From Sphaerobacteraceae bacterium (GTDB taxonomy: Bacteria > Chloroflexota > Chloroflexia > Thermomicrobiales > UBA6265): a stretch of DNA of 64,000 bases. Shown one piece after another: positions 20,231 to 28,350 of this stretch (its first letter is position 1; every line of letters starts with the position of its first letter). Location of the stretch: assembly GCA_016781925.1 (NCBI GenBank), contig JADDPH010000051.1:6749-70748 (forward strand). The letters are read 5' to 3'. Below the pieces are notes generated by a model. The model did no database searches. It was not told the DNA's origin and saw only the letters and a program-made list of their open reading frames with translations. The position numbers were made by a program, and so were the translations under genes.

Positions 20231-21682
20231 CTACAGCACCCGGTCGCGGGCGCGGTAATCCTCGATCGGCCAGGTTTTCATGCCACCAGTGAAGAGGCTC
20301 ATGACCTTGCCATCCGCGTCGCGCTCGTAGCGGAAGAGTTCGCCGACCGCTCCGTACGGCGAACCGCCCATGATGCGCAGCGTGTTCTCGTCAATGACCG
20401 CCAGTTCATAGGGCTGGATCATCGGCGACGGTTCAACCGGGCTGCTCGCGAAGAGCTTGCCTCCGAGGACGAAGACGTCCGCCACGCCCCAGAGCGCGGC
20501 AAAGCGGCCGCAGAAGATGCCGAGATCGATCTCCTTTTCGGGCGCCGCCGGTGGCGTGATCGCCGCACTGTTGACGAGACCGGAGCTGAGCGGCAATTTC
20601 GGCGACACCTCGCGCGCCTTGTCGAGAATCTTCAGGACGCCGGCAGCAAGCTCCTCCGCCGGTCCATCGACCGCGTTGGTCAGCACGGAGATCGCGAGAC
20701 CTTCGTCCGGGTCCCACATCGTGCGGGTGATGTGCCCCGGATACCCGCCTGCGTGCCCGACCATGCGATGCCCGTCGTAGTCGTGAACGGTGGTGCCGTA
20801 CCCGTAGCCGTCCTTGGGTGCTTCGGGAGACTGGCCGGTCCAAACCGGTCGCTGCATCTCGTACTTCGAGCGATCGCTGAGCAGGCGGTTGTCGCCGAAG
20901 AAGTGCGCGGAGGCGAACGTCACCATGTCCTCCGCGGTGGAATAGAACCCGGTTGCCGCCGCCATGGCGTGCGTGTCAACGTGCGGAATGATCTGGCGCG
21001 CGGTCCAGCTGGTGAGACCGCTGTGGCCGCCCGCGTAATCGGACAGGCGAGCTTCGTCCAGGTCCGGTCCGGTGTTCCGGAGTCCGAGCTTCTCGACAAT
21101 CGCGGTCTTCGTGTACGCATGGTAGGTGCTGCCCGCTGCCTTCCCGATGATCAGGCCGAGCAACGAGAAGCCGATGTTGGTGTACTTGAACGTCGCTTCT
21201 GGCTGGCGGACGGCGCCCTCGCGAATGGAGAGTTCCAGCAACTCTTCTTCGTTCGGGAACGGTCGGTGATGCGACCAGAAGGTGGAATCGACGCCATCGC
21301 GAATGGCGCCCGCGGAGTGCGAGACGAGCTCGCGCACGGTACTTTGAGCGAGTGGCGACCCGGCCTCCGCCAGTTCTGATATCCACGATCCGGCGGTGTC
21401 GTCCAGCCGCAGTTTGCCGGTCTCCACGAGTTGCATGATGGCCGTCGCGGTGAATGTCTTGGAGTGCGAGGCGATGCGGAAGAGATGCGAGGTCGTCAGC
21501 GGTTCGCCGGTATCGAGATTTGAGACGCCGTAGGCCCTGCTGAACTGCATCGTGCCATCGAACCAGACTGCCACCTGCGCACCGGGAGTGTGGAGCTTCC
21601 AGAGGCGGTAGTCGAGCCAGGAATCGACATAGGCAAGCGCCTCCCGCAAGACATCGACCGTAGAACTGGGGGAACTGGACAA
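20231..21682 (-). CDS. Serine hydrolase (beta-lactamase / DD-peptidase family, class-C-like)
   Basis: Motifs are SxxK (ASHSKT), YxN (KYTNIG) and HxG (HAGGYPG). The TTG start at 21682 has GGAG 7 nt upstream. Confidence 0.85.
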   Translation of the reverse strand: MSSSPSSTVDVLREALAYVDSWLDYRLWKLHTPGAQVAVWFDGTMQFSRAYGVSNLDTGEPLTTSHLFRIASHSKTFTATAIMQLVETGKLRLDDTAGSWISELAEAGSPLAQSTVRELVSHSAGAIRDGVDSTFWSHHRPFPNEEELLELSIREGAVRQPEATFKYTNIGFSLLGLIIGKAAGSTYHAYTKTAIVEKLGLRNTGPDLDEARLSDYAGGHSGLTSWTARQIIPHVDTHAMAAATGFYSTAEDMVTFASAHFFGDNRLLSDRSKYEMQRPVWTGQSPEAPKDGYGYGTTVHDYDGHRMVGHAGGYPGHITRTMWDPDEGLAISVLTNAVDGPAEELAAGVLKILDKAREVSPKLPLSSGLVNSAAITPPAAPEKEIDLGIFCGRFAALWGVADVFVLGGKLFASSPVEPSPMIQPYELAVIDENTLRIMGGSPYGAVGELFRYERDADGKVMSLFTGGMKTWPIEDYRARDRVL

Positions 21683-21793
21683 CGGCTCGCTCCATCACCT
21701 AATGCTCGAGGAAGAACTCGCTCGCGTTCGCCGGCACGAGCGAACGTCATGAGGTGCAGACTATCGGAGGTGAAGCGACTGCACAATGGGTTG

Positions 21794-21829
21794 GGTCAAG
21801 CGCCTCCATCCATCACTTCAGGGGTGACG
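21794..21829 (-). repeat. Copy B of the ~35-40-bp repeat (inverted relative to copy A)
   Basis: The minus strand reads CGTCACCCCTGAAGTGATGGATGGAGGCGCTTGACC. It lies 110-150 nt upstream of the serine-hydrolase start and abuts the IS. Confidence 0.8.
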
Positions 21830-21834
21830 ATCTA

Positions 21835-22793
21835 CTAGCCTCAGTCGGGGGCGAAGTTTCGGCTGAAAGTGCTGGAGTACGCCACGGCGCACTGGGTGGC
21901 CGTCACCTGCCGCCACTTCGGCATTGCCCGCTCCACCGACTACCGCTGGGGCGAGCGCTACGATGCGCGGGACCTGACCACCCTGGAGAGCCGGTCGTCC
22001 TGCCCCCGCCGGCGCCCGCGCCCGACCTGGACGGCGGCACGGGCCGAGGCGGTGCGGCGGGCACGTGAGGTGCACCCGTGGTCGGGCAAGGACAAGCTCG
22101 CCGTGGTCCTGCGCCGGCAGGACGTCTGCCTGTCCGTCTCCATGGTCGGACGAATCCTGGCCGACCTCAAACGGCGGGGCCTGGTCGTTGAGCCGGTTGT
22201 GAGGGGCGGGCGGCCGCATGCGCGTCACAACCGGCCGTACGCCGTCCGCAAGCCGAAGGAGTACTGGGCCGAGGCGTTGCGTGACCTGGTCCAGGTCGAC
22301 ACCATGCACCTGACGCCCCTGCCGGGCCTGGAACGCCGGCAGTTCACCGCTGTTGATGTCCACTCCCGCTACAGCGTGGTCGGGGTCCGCTCCTGCGGCA
22401 CGGCGGGCATCGCCCGCGACTTCCCGGCGCGGACCCCGTTCTCGGTGCGGGCGCTCCAGGTCGACGGGGTCCGCACGTTCATGGCCGAGTTTGAGGCGGC
22501 CTGCCGGGAGCGGGCTCTGCCCCTCTTCGCCCGGCCGCCGCGCAGTCCTGAGCTCAACGGCCACGTCGAGCGCGGAAACCGCACCTACCGCACCGAGTTC
22601 TGGGAAGTCCACGACGGCGACCTGAAGCTGCCGCCCCTGCAGCAGGCGTTGCGGGAGTGGGAGGTCGAGTACATTCACGTCCGGCCGCACCAGGCCCTGG
22701 GGTATCTCACCCCCGCCGCCTACCTCGCCTCCCTCGGCGAGCACCACGTGTAGCGGACGTCCCGGACACGTACAGCAGGTTGACAGAACCTAG
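21835..22793 (+). mobile_element. IS481-family insertion sequence (about 0.95 kb)
   Basis: A single DDE transposase ORF fills the element. CTAG tetranucleotides sit at both edges (21835-21838 and 22790-22793). The imperfect terminal inverted repeats are CTAGCCTCAGTC and CTAGGTTCTGTC (9/12). NCTAGN is the classic IS481 target. Boundaries are good to only a few nt. Confidence 0.6.
21869..22753 (+). CDS. IS481-family DDE transposase (integrase core)
   Basis: The N-terminal HTH is CRHFGIARSTDYRWGERY. The DDE residues lie in VQVDTMHL, FTAVDVHSRY and NGHVERGNRTYRTEF. The C-terminus is RPHQALGYLTP. The start is GTG. The frame is closed by TAG at 21836, so the N-terminus is short or slightly truncated. 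Confidence 0.85.
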   Translation: MLEYATAHWVAVTCRHFGIARSTDYRWGERYDARDLTTLESRSSCPRRRPRPTWTAARAEAVRRAREVHPWSGKDKLAVVLRRQDVCLSVSMVGRILADLKRRGLVVEPVVRGGRPHARHNRPYAVRKPKEYWAEALRDLVQVDTMHLTPLPGLERRQFTAVDVHSRYSVVGVRSCGTAGIARDFPARTPFSVRALQVDGVRTFMAEFEAACRERALPLFARPPRSPELNGHVERGNRTYRTEFWEVHDGDLKLPPLQQALREWEVEYIHVRPHQALGYLTPAAYLASLGEHHV

Positions 22794-22809
22794 GAGCCGG
22801 TGTGAGAAT
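22780..22809 (+). promoter_or_regulatory. Candidate hybrid promoter for the valS leader (-35 inside the IS right end)
   Basis: TTGACA (22780-22785), an 18-nt spacer, then an extended -10 TGTGAGAAT (22801-22809). The -35 hexamer lies 5-10 nt inside the inferred IS terminus. Confidence 0.4.
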
Positions 22810-22814
22810 CGGAT

Positions 22815-23084
22815 GAAAGGAAACGCCAACGACCGGGAGGAGTAGGCGTCGCTGGGGCCGACAGGGAACGGGGTCACCGATTGAGAGCCCCGGACGGCTG
22901 GCCGGACGCTGAAGTCGCCCGCGAGGTGGCAGGTCGAGGTGGAGCGAACCTTCCATTGAGGCTTGTCCGGGAGCGCCCGTTAGCGCGCGATGAAGTGCGG
23001 CGAACCGGCTGACGGTTCGTCGAAGCGAGGTGGTACCGCGGGGTGACCCGTCCTTGCGCGTCGAGACGCGCGGGCGGGTTTTTT
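22815..23084 (+). promoter_or_regulatory. T-box leader (tRNA-Val-sensing riboswitch) with intrinsic terminator
   Basis: The T-box sequence is AGGTGGTACCGCGGGG at 23028-23043. A terminator helix spans 23046-23079, followed by TTTTTT (23079-23084). TGAGAG (AG-bulge-like) lies near 22882. GAA-GUC-G at 22911-22917 is a candidate Val specifier. The valS ATG follows at 23163. Confidence 0.8.
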
Positions 23085-23162
23085 GCTGTCTCTCACGTGA
23101 AGCGGAAGCGGTCGCGCAGCCGCTGTTCTTCGTCCCCGGCAGGGACGGGCGGGAGGTATCCG

Positions 23163-25856
23163 ATGAGCGAGGCGACCGCGACGGCCACCGGACAGGCCGC
23201 CGCCGAGACGGGATTGACCAAGGCATTCGATCCGAAGGCGATCGAGCAGGGGTTGTACGACCGGTGGGACGCGGCGGGCTACTTCGCGCCGTCCGACGGG
23301 GACGGTCAACCCTGGGTGATGATCATGCCGCCGCCGAACCTAACTGGCGAGCTGCACATCGGCCACGCCCTCTTCGTCTCCCTAGAAGACGTGATGACCC
23401 GCTTCCACCGGATGCTCGGCGAGCCGACCCTCTGGCTTCCGGGCGCCGACCACGCCGGGATCGCGGGCCAGTGGGTCGTGGAGAAGGAGTTGGCGGCGGA
23501 GGGGGTGACCCGCCACCATCTGGGCCGGGAACGCTTCCTGGAGCGGGTCTGGGCCTACATGGAACGTTATCGGGGCCGGACGCGGGAGCAACTCCGGCTT
23601 CTGGGAGCTTCGTGCGACTGGTCGCGGTTTCTCTTCACCATGGATCCGGGGCCGTCCCGGGCGGTGCGCCACGTCTTTAAGCACCTCTACGACAAGGGGC
23701 TGATCTACCGCGGCGAGCGGATCATCTCCTGGTGTCCGCGTTGCATGACGGCCCTCTCCGATCTTGAGGTGATCCACCGGGAGGAGCAGTCGGCGCTCTG
23801 GCACCTCGCCTACCCGGTCGAGGGCAGCGAAAACGGGGAGGTGGTGATCGTCGCCACGACCCGGCCGGAGACGATGCTGGGCGATACCGGGGTGGCTGTT
23901 CACCCTGAGGACGCGCGCTACGCGCACCTCATCGGCAAGACGGTGCGGCTGCCGATCCTGGACCGTCAGATTCCAGTTGTCGCTGATGAGGCGGTGGATC
24001 CGGCGTTTGGCACCGGCGCCGTGAAGGTGACCCCAGCCCACGACCCCAACGACTTCGAGATCGGCCGCCGTCATGGCTTGCCCATGCCGCTCGTGATGAA
24101 CCTTGACGGCACGATGAACGAGGCAGCGGGGCCGTTCGCCAGCTTGACGATTGCCGATGCCAGACGGGGCGTGGTGGAGCGATTGGAGGCGGACGGCGCG
24201 CTGGTCAAGGTCGAGCCGCACACCCACTCCATCGGTCACTGCCAACGGTGCGACACCGTGGTCCAGCCCCTGGTCAGCAAGCAGTGGTTCGTCAAGATGG
24301 CCCCGCTGGCAAAGCCCGCGATAGCCGCGGCGAACGACGGCCGGCTGACGTTCGAGCCGGACCGCTTCAAGGGCGTCTACCTGAACTGGTTGGAGAACAT
24401 CCATGACTGGTGCATCTCCCGCCAGCTCTGGTGGGGGCACCGGATCCCGGTCTGGTACTGCGCGGATTGTGGCGAGACAACGGTCACGACCGAGGAGACC
24501 CTTACCGCATGCCCCGTCTGTGGTGGGGCTGTCCAGCAGGACCCTGACGTGCTCGACACCTGGTTCAGCTCGGGGCTCTGGCCCTTCTCGACGCTCGGAT
24601 GGCCGGAGCAGACCGAGGATCTGCGGCGCTTCTATCCCGGCACGATGATGGAGACGGGGTACGAAATCATCTTCTTCTGGGTGGCCCGGATGGTCTTCTT
24701 CGGGTTGGAGATCATGGGCGAGGTGCCGTTCTCGACGGTCTACCTGCACGGCATGGTCCGGGACGCCGAAGGCGCCAAGATGAGCAAGACCAAGGGGAAT
24801 GTGCTCGACCCAACCGGGATCGCGGAGGAGTACGGTGCCGACGCGCTGCGCTTCGCGCTGGTCACGCAGGGTTCGCCCGGCAACGACATGCGCTTGAGCT
24901 TGCAGCGCGTGGAGGCGAGCCGCAACTTCGCCAACAAACTCTGGAACGCCACCCGCTTCGCGCTGCGCTCGATCGGCGAGGCCAAGGTGGAACTGGCGGC
25001 GGACGGCCCGGCCCGGCCGACGGGAGACCTGGCACTGGCGGACCGGTGGATCCTGAGCCGCTTGGACGCGGTGACGGCGGACGCGACGAAGCTAATGACT
25101 GGCCACCTCTACGGCGAGGCGGGCCGGCAGGTGCAGGATTTCGTCTGGTCGGAGTTGTGCGACTGGTACATCGAAGCGGCCAAGGTTCGCGGCAAGGGCA
25201 CGGCCGAAGAGCGGCAAACGGTGGCCCAAACCCTGGCTTACACGCTGGAGCGAAGCCTCAGGCTGCTGCACCCGTACATGCCGTTCATCACCGAAGCGCT
25301 CTGGCAGGAACTTCCCCACGTTGGGGAGAGCGTCATGATCGCGCCGTGGCCGGTGGCCGGGACACGCGACGCTGCCGCCGAGGAGGACTTCGGCGTGCTC
25401 ATCGATCTCGTCCGGGCAATCCGAAACGCCCGCGCCGAGGCGAGCGTGGAACCGGCGCGCTGGATCGCCGCCGATGTCTTCGCGGCGGGGCGCTCGGCGG
25501 CGTTCGAGGCCGCGCGACGTGAGCTTGGCGCGCTGGCGCGGATCGACGATGCGCTTTTGCATCTTCACGCCGGCACGCCGGTCGCGGGCGAGCAGGCACT
25601 CACCGTGTTGGCAGGGGACGCCGCGGCGGTGCTGCCGCTGGCTGGCATGGTGGACCTGGATGCGGAGCGGTCACGGCTGCGGCGGGAGGTCGCCGAGGCC
25701 GAGGCGGAGCGCGATCGGGCCAGAGGGCAGCTTGCGAACGAGCGGTTCATGTCCCGCGCCCCTGCGCAGGTGGTGGAGGTTCAGCGACGGCGCCTGGCGA
25801 CAGCCGAGGAGCAACTGGAGGTGCTGGCGCGCAGGCTCGACCAACTTGGTGGTTGA
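23163..25856 (+). CDS. valS: Valyl-tRNA synthetase
   Basis: The sequence starts MSEATATATGQAAAETGLTKAFDPKAIEQGLYDRWDAAGYF. It has the HIGH-type motif (PPNLTGELHIGHAL), KMSKTKGN, and a C-terminal coiled coil. The ATG at 23163 has GGGAGG upstream. The track start at 23043 reads through the leader. Confidence 0.95.
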   Translation: MSEATATATGQAAAETGLTKAFDPKAIEQGLYDRWDAAGYFAPSDGDGQPWVMIMPPPNLTGELHIGHALFVSLEDVMTRFHRMLGEPTLWLPGADHAGIAGQWVVEKELAAEGVTRHHLGRERFLERVWAYMERYRGRTREQLRLLGASCDWSRFLFTMDPGPSRAVRHVFKHLYDKGLIYRGERIISWCPRCMTALSDLEVIHREEQSALWHLAYPVEGSENGEVVIVATTRPETMLGDTGVAVHPEDARYAHLIGKTVRLPILDRQIPVVADEAVDPAFGTGAVKVTPAHDPNDFEIGRRHGLPMPLVMNLDGTMNEAAGPFASLTIADARRGVVERLEADGALVKVEPHTHSIGHCQRCDTVVQPLVSKQWFVKMAPLAKPAIAAANDGRLTFEPDRFKGVYLNWLENIHDWCISRQLWWGHRIPVWYCADCGETTVTTEETLTACPVCGGAVQQDPDVLDTWFSSGLWPFSTLGWPEQTEDLRRFYPGTMMETGYEIIFFWVARMVFFGLEIMGEVPFSTVYLHGMVRDAEGAKMSKTKGNVLDPTGIAEEYGADALRFALVTQGSPGNDMRLSLQRVEASRNFANKLWNATRFALRSIGEAKVELAADGPARPTGDLALADRWILSRLDAVTADATKLMTGHLYGEAGRQVQDFVWSELCDWYIEAAKVRGKGTAEERQTVAQTLAYTLERSLRLLHPYMPFITEALWQELPHVGESVMIAPWPVAGTRDAAAEEDFGVLIDLVRAIRNARAEASVEPARWIAADVFAAGRSAAFEAARRELGALARIDDALLHLHAGTPVAGEQALTVLAGDAAAVLPLAGMVDLDAERSRLRREVAEAEAERDRARGQLANERFMSRAPAQVVEVQRRRLATAEEQLEVLARRLDQLGG

Positions 25857-26454
25857 TGAGGCGCGACGCCTTGAGCGGGCGTTTTACGCTCAGTCAACAG
25901 TAGATGTCGCCCAGACGCTGCTGGGGTGCGTCCTGGTGACCGCGAAGAGCGGGGACGAGACGCGGGGCCGGATCGTGGAGACGGAGGCGTACCTCGGTCC
26001 CGACGATCTGGCGTCCCATGCCGCGACCCGGCGCACGGGCGGCGCGACGGCGATGTGGGGAGCGCCAGGGATCGCCTACGTCTACCGCTCCTACGGCATT
26101 CACGTGATGTTCAACGTGGTCTGTGAGCAGGAAGGTGTGCCGGGCGCCGTGTTGATCCGAGCACTGGAACCTGTCGGTGGGCTGAATCTGATGCGAGACC
26201 GGCGCGGCGGCGTGCCCGATCCGGTGCTGTGTGCGGGGCCGGGCCGGCTGTGTGCGGCGATGGGCATCACGCTGGACGACCACGGGCACGATCTCATTGC
26301 GAGCACGACGATCTGGATCGAGCAGGGCGCAGGGATCGGGCTCGTCCTGGCGAGCGGCCGGATCGGCATCAGCCAGGGCACGGAAGCGCCCTGGCGGTTC
26401 TTCGCCGGCGGAAGCCGGTACGTGTCGGCGCATCGGCGTGGTTCGCCGGTCTAG
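25849..26454 (+). CDS. DNA-3-methyladenine glycosylase (AAG/Mpg family)
   Basis: The sequence includes FYAQSTVDVAQTLLGCVLV...RIVETEAYLGPDDLASHA...GIAYVYRSYGIHVMFNVV...VLIRALEP. The GTG start at 25849 overlaps the valS stop by 8 nt. The upstream part of track ORF 25474.. is out-of-frame valS sequence. Confidence 0.8.
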   Translation: MVDEARRLERAFYAQSTVDVAQTLLGCVLVTAKSGDETRGRIVETEAYLGPDDLASHAATRRTGGATAMWGAPGIAYVYRSYGIHVMFNVVCEQEGVPGAVLIRALEPVGGLNLMRDRRGGVPDPVLCAGPGRLCAAMGITLDDHGHDLIASTTIWIEQGAGIGLVLASGRIGISQGTEAPWRFFAGGSRYVSAHRRGSPV

Positions 26455-26537
26455 GGAGCGGCCTGTGCTAGCATGACCAACAGCCCCGCTGCTGCCTCTA
26501 TCCTGATCGTGATCCGTCCCCGGGCGAGGTTCCTCCG

Positions 26538-28271
26538 ATGCCGATCCAACTGCTGACGACCGAGACGATCGGCAAGATCGCCGCCGGTGAGGTGGTTGAG
26601 CGGCCGGCGTCGGTCGTCAAGGAGCTGCTGGAGAATGCGCTCGACGCAGGGGCGCGGCGGATCTCCGTCGAGATCCGGAACGGCGGCAGCGACTTGATCG
26701 AGGTGGTGGACGACGGCCACGGGATGAGTCCTGAGGACCTGGCCGCGGCGATCCAGCGGCACGCGACCTCCAAGCTGTCCGCGTTCGAGGACCTGGACAC
26801 GCTGCGGACGCTGGGGTTTCGCGGTGAGGCGCTCCCGAGCATCGCGGCGGTGGCGTCGGTGCTGATCGCGTCGCGGACGGCTGATGCTCCGGTTGGGTCG
26901 GAGGTTCGGGTCGATTTCGGGGCGGTCGGTCCGGTCGACATGGCGGCAATTCCGATGGGGACGCGTGTCAGCGTGCGGGACCTATTCGCGAACGTGCCGG
27001 CCCGGCGTAAGTTCCTCCGTCAAGCCTCCACCGAGGCGGGATATGCGACCCGGGTGGTTTCTTCCTACGCGGCGGCCTACACCGGCGTGGCGGTCACGCT
27101 AACGGTTGACGGTCGTCGTGTCTTCGGCACGGATGGCTCGGGCGACGACGTGGCGGCCGCGACCGGGGTGTATGGCCCTGAAGTGGGACAGGCGGCGCTT
27201 CGACTCGTACCGCTGGACGAAGCGGCGGCGGTGCCCGGGGTCACGGTGACGGGGTGGGTCGGGGCGCCGGCCGTGACGCGTTCGCATCGGAACGGCCTGG
27301 TCTTCTTCGTCAACGGGCGCTGGATCCAGAGCCGGGCGCTCTCGTTCGCGTTGGAGGAGGCGTACCACAGCCTGCTGATGGTGGGCCGGCACCCGGTGGC
27401 CGTCATGCACGTGGCACTGGACCCGGCGACCGTCGACGTCAACGTTCATCCCACGAAGGCCGAGGTCAAGTTTGTCGACGAGCGGGCCGTCTGCCGGGCG
27501 GTACAGCGCGCTGCGCATGCGGCCTTGCTCGGCGCCCCGCAGGATGCCCTGCCGCGGGTTCAGTTTGCCGCTTCGGCCTGGCAGACCGAGCAGCGACCCA
27601 TGGATCTGCCGCGACCTCGCTGGGGGCCCGATCCGGATACAGGACGAGAGACAGCCAGCGCCGGCGATCCAGCGCCGGAGGACGAGAAACACGCCTCCGG
27701 CGTGCCGATCCTGCGCGTGCTTGGTCAGGTGGGCGGCACCTATATCATCGCCGAAGGCCCCCAGGGGATGTACCTGATCGACCAGCACGCCGCCCATGAA
27801 CGGGTGCTGTACGAGAAGATCCTGACCCAGATCAGCGGACGGATGGCCGACAAGCAATCCTTGCTCGACCCACTGATCGTGGATCTCTCCCCGGAAGAGC
27901 TCGGGATTTACGAGCGTTCGGCGGAGGAGCTGGCCCAGATCGGGTTCGACGTCGAGCCGTTCGGCGAGGGATCGGTGGCGGTTCGCGCGGTGCCGGCAAT
28001 GATGCGGAACGTCGATGTCGCCGAGCGGCTGCGGTTGATCCTGAAGGAACTGGTGGAGGGCGGGGCCGGGGACTCCTGGCTCGACTCGGTGGCGATCAGC
28101 ACCGCCTGCCACACCTCCATCCGTGCCGGGCAGCCGCTTTCCCTGCCGGAGATGCGGGAACTGGTGGCGGAGTTGGAGCGATCCTCCCAACCCCGCGCCT
28201 GCGGCCACGGCCGCCCGACAATGCTGCACATGGCGCAGGCGGATCTGGAGCGCCAGTTCTCCCGCCGGTGA
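26538..28271 (+). CDS. mutL: DNA mismatch repair protein MutL
   Basis: The GHKL ATPase N-terminus is IQLLTTETIGKIAAGEVVERPASVVKELLENALDAGA...EVVDDGHGM. The C-terminal dimerisation/endonuclease region is QVGGTYIIAEGPQGMYLIDQHAAHERVLYE. Confidence 0.93.
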   Translation: MPIQLLTTETIGKIAAGEVVERPASVVKELLENALDAGARRISVEIRNGGSDLIEVVDDGHGMSPEDLAAAIQRHATSKLSAFEDLDTLRTLGFRGEALPSIAAVASVLIASRTADAPVGSEVRVDFGAVGPVDMAAIPMGTRVSVRDLFANVPARRKFLRQASTEAGYATRVVSSYAAAYTGVAVTLTVDGRRVFGTDGSGDDVAAATGVYGPEVGQAALRLVPLDEAAAVPGVTVTGWVGAPAVTRSHRNGLVFFVNGRWIQSRALSFALEEAYHSLLMVGRHPVAVMHVALDPATVDVNVHPTKAEVKFVDERAVCRAVQRAAHAALLGAPQDALPRVQFAASAWQTEQRPMDLPRPRWGPDPDTGRETASAGDPAPEDEKHASGVPILRVLGQVGGTYIIAEGPQGMYLIDQHAAHERVLYEKILTQISGRMADKQSLLDPLIVDLSPEELGIYERSAEELAQIGFDVEPFGEGSVAVRAVPAMMRNVDVAERLRLILKELVEGGAGDSWLDSVAISTACHTSIRAGQPLSLPEMRELVAELERSSQPRACGHGRPTMLHMAQADLERQFSRR

Positions 28272-28350
28272 CGACGGCTGCAACCGCCCTCGCTCCCCCC
28301 GCGTTCCTGCCGTAGTCAGATCCTTGGCTGGGAACTCCCGCGGGATGGAG

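Noticed and set aside
23382-24749. 455-aa minus-strand ORF, plus similar long shadow ORFs at 27099-28538-, 41059-42687+, 52891-54366+, 60507-62018-, 21818-22747-, 3827-4702-, 32860-34056+, 37770-38909+, 62244-62909+
   Set aside because: Each lies opposite a gene with strong family motifs (valS, mutL, nuoG-like, secA, aminotransferase, transposase, rpoN, SBP, ALDH, GT4). They are composition artefacts.
25474-25848. 5' part of track ORF 25474-26454
   Set aside because: This part overlaps the 3' end of valS in another frame and has no glycosylase similarity. The real glycosylase gene starts at GTG 25849.
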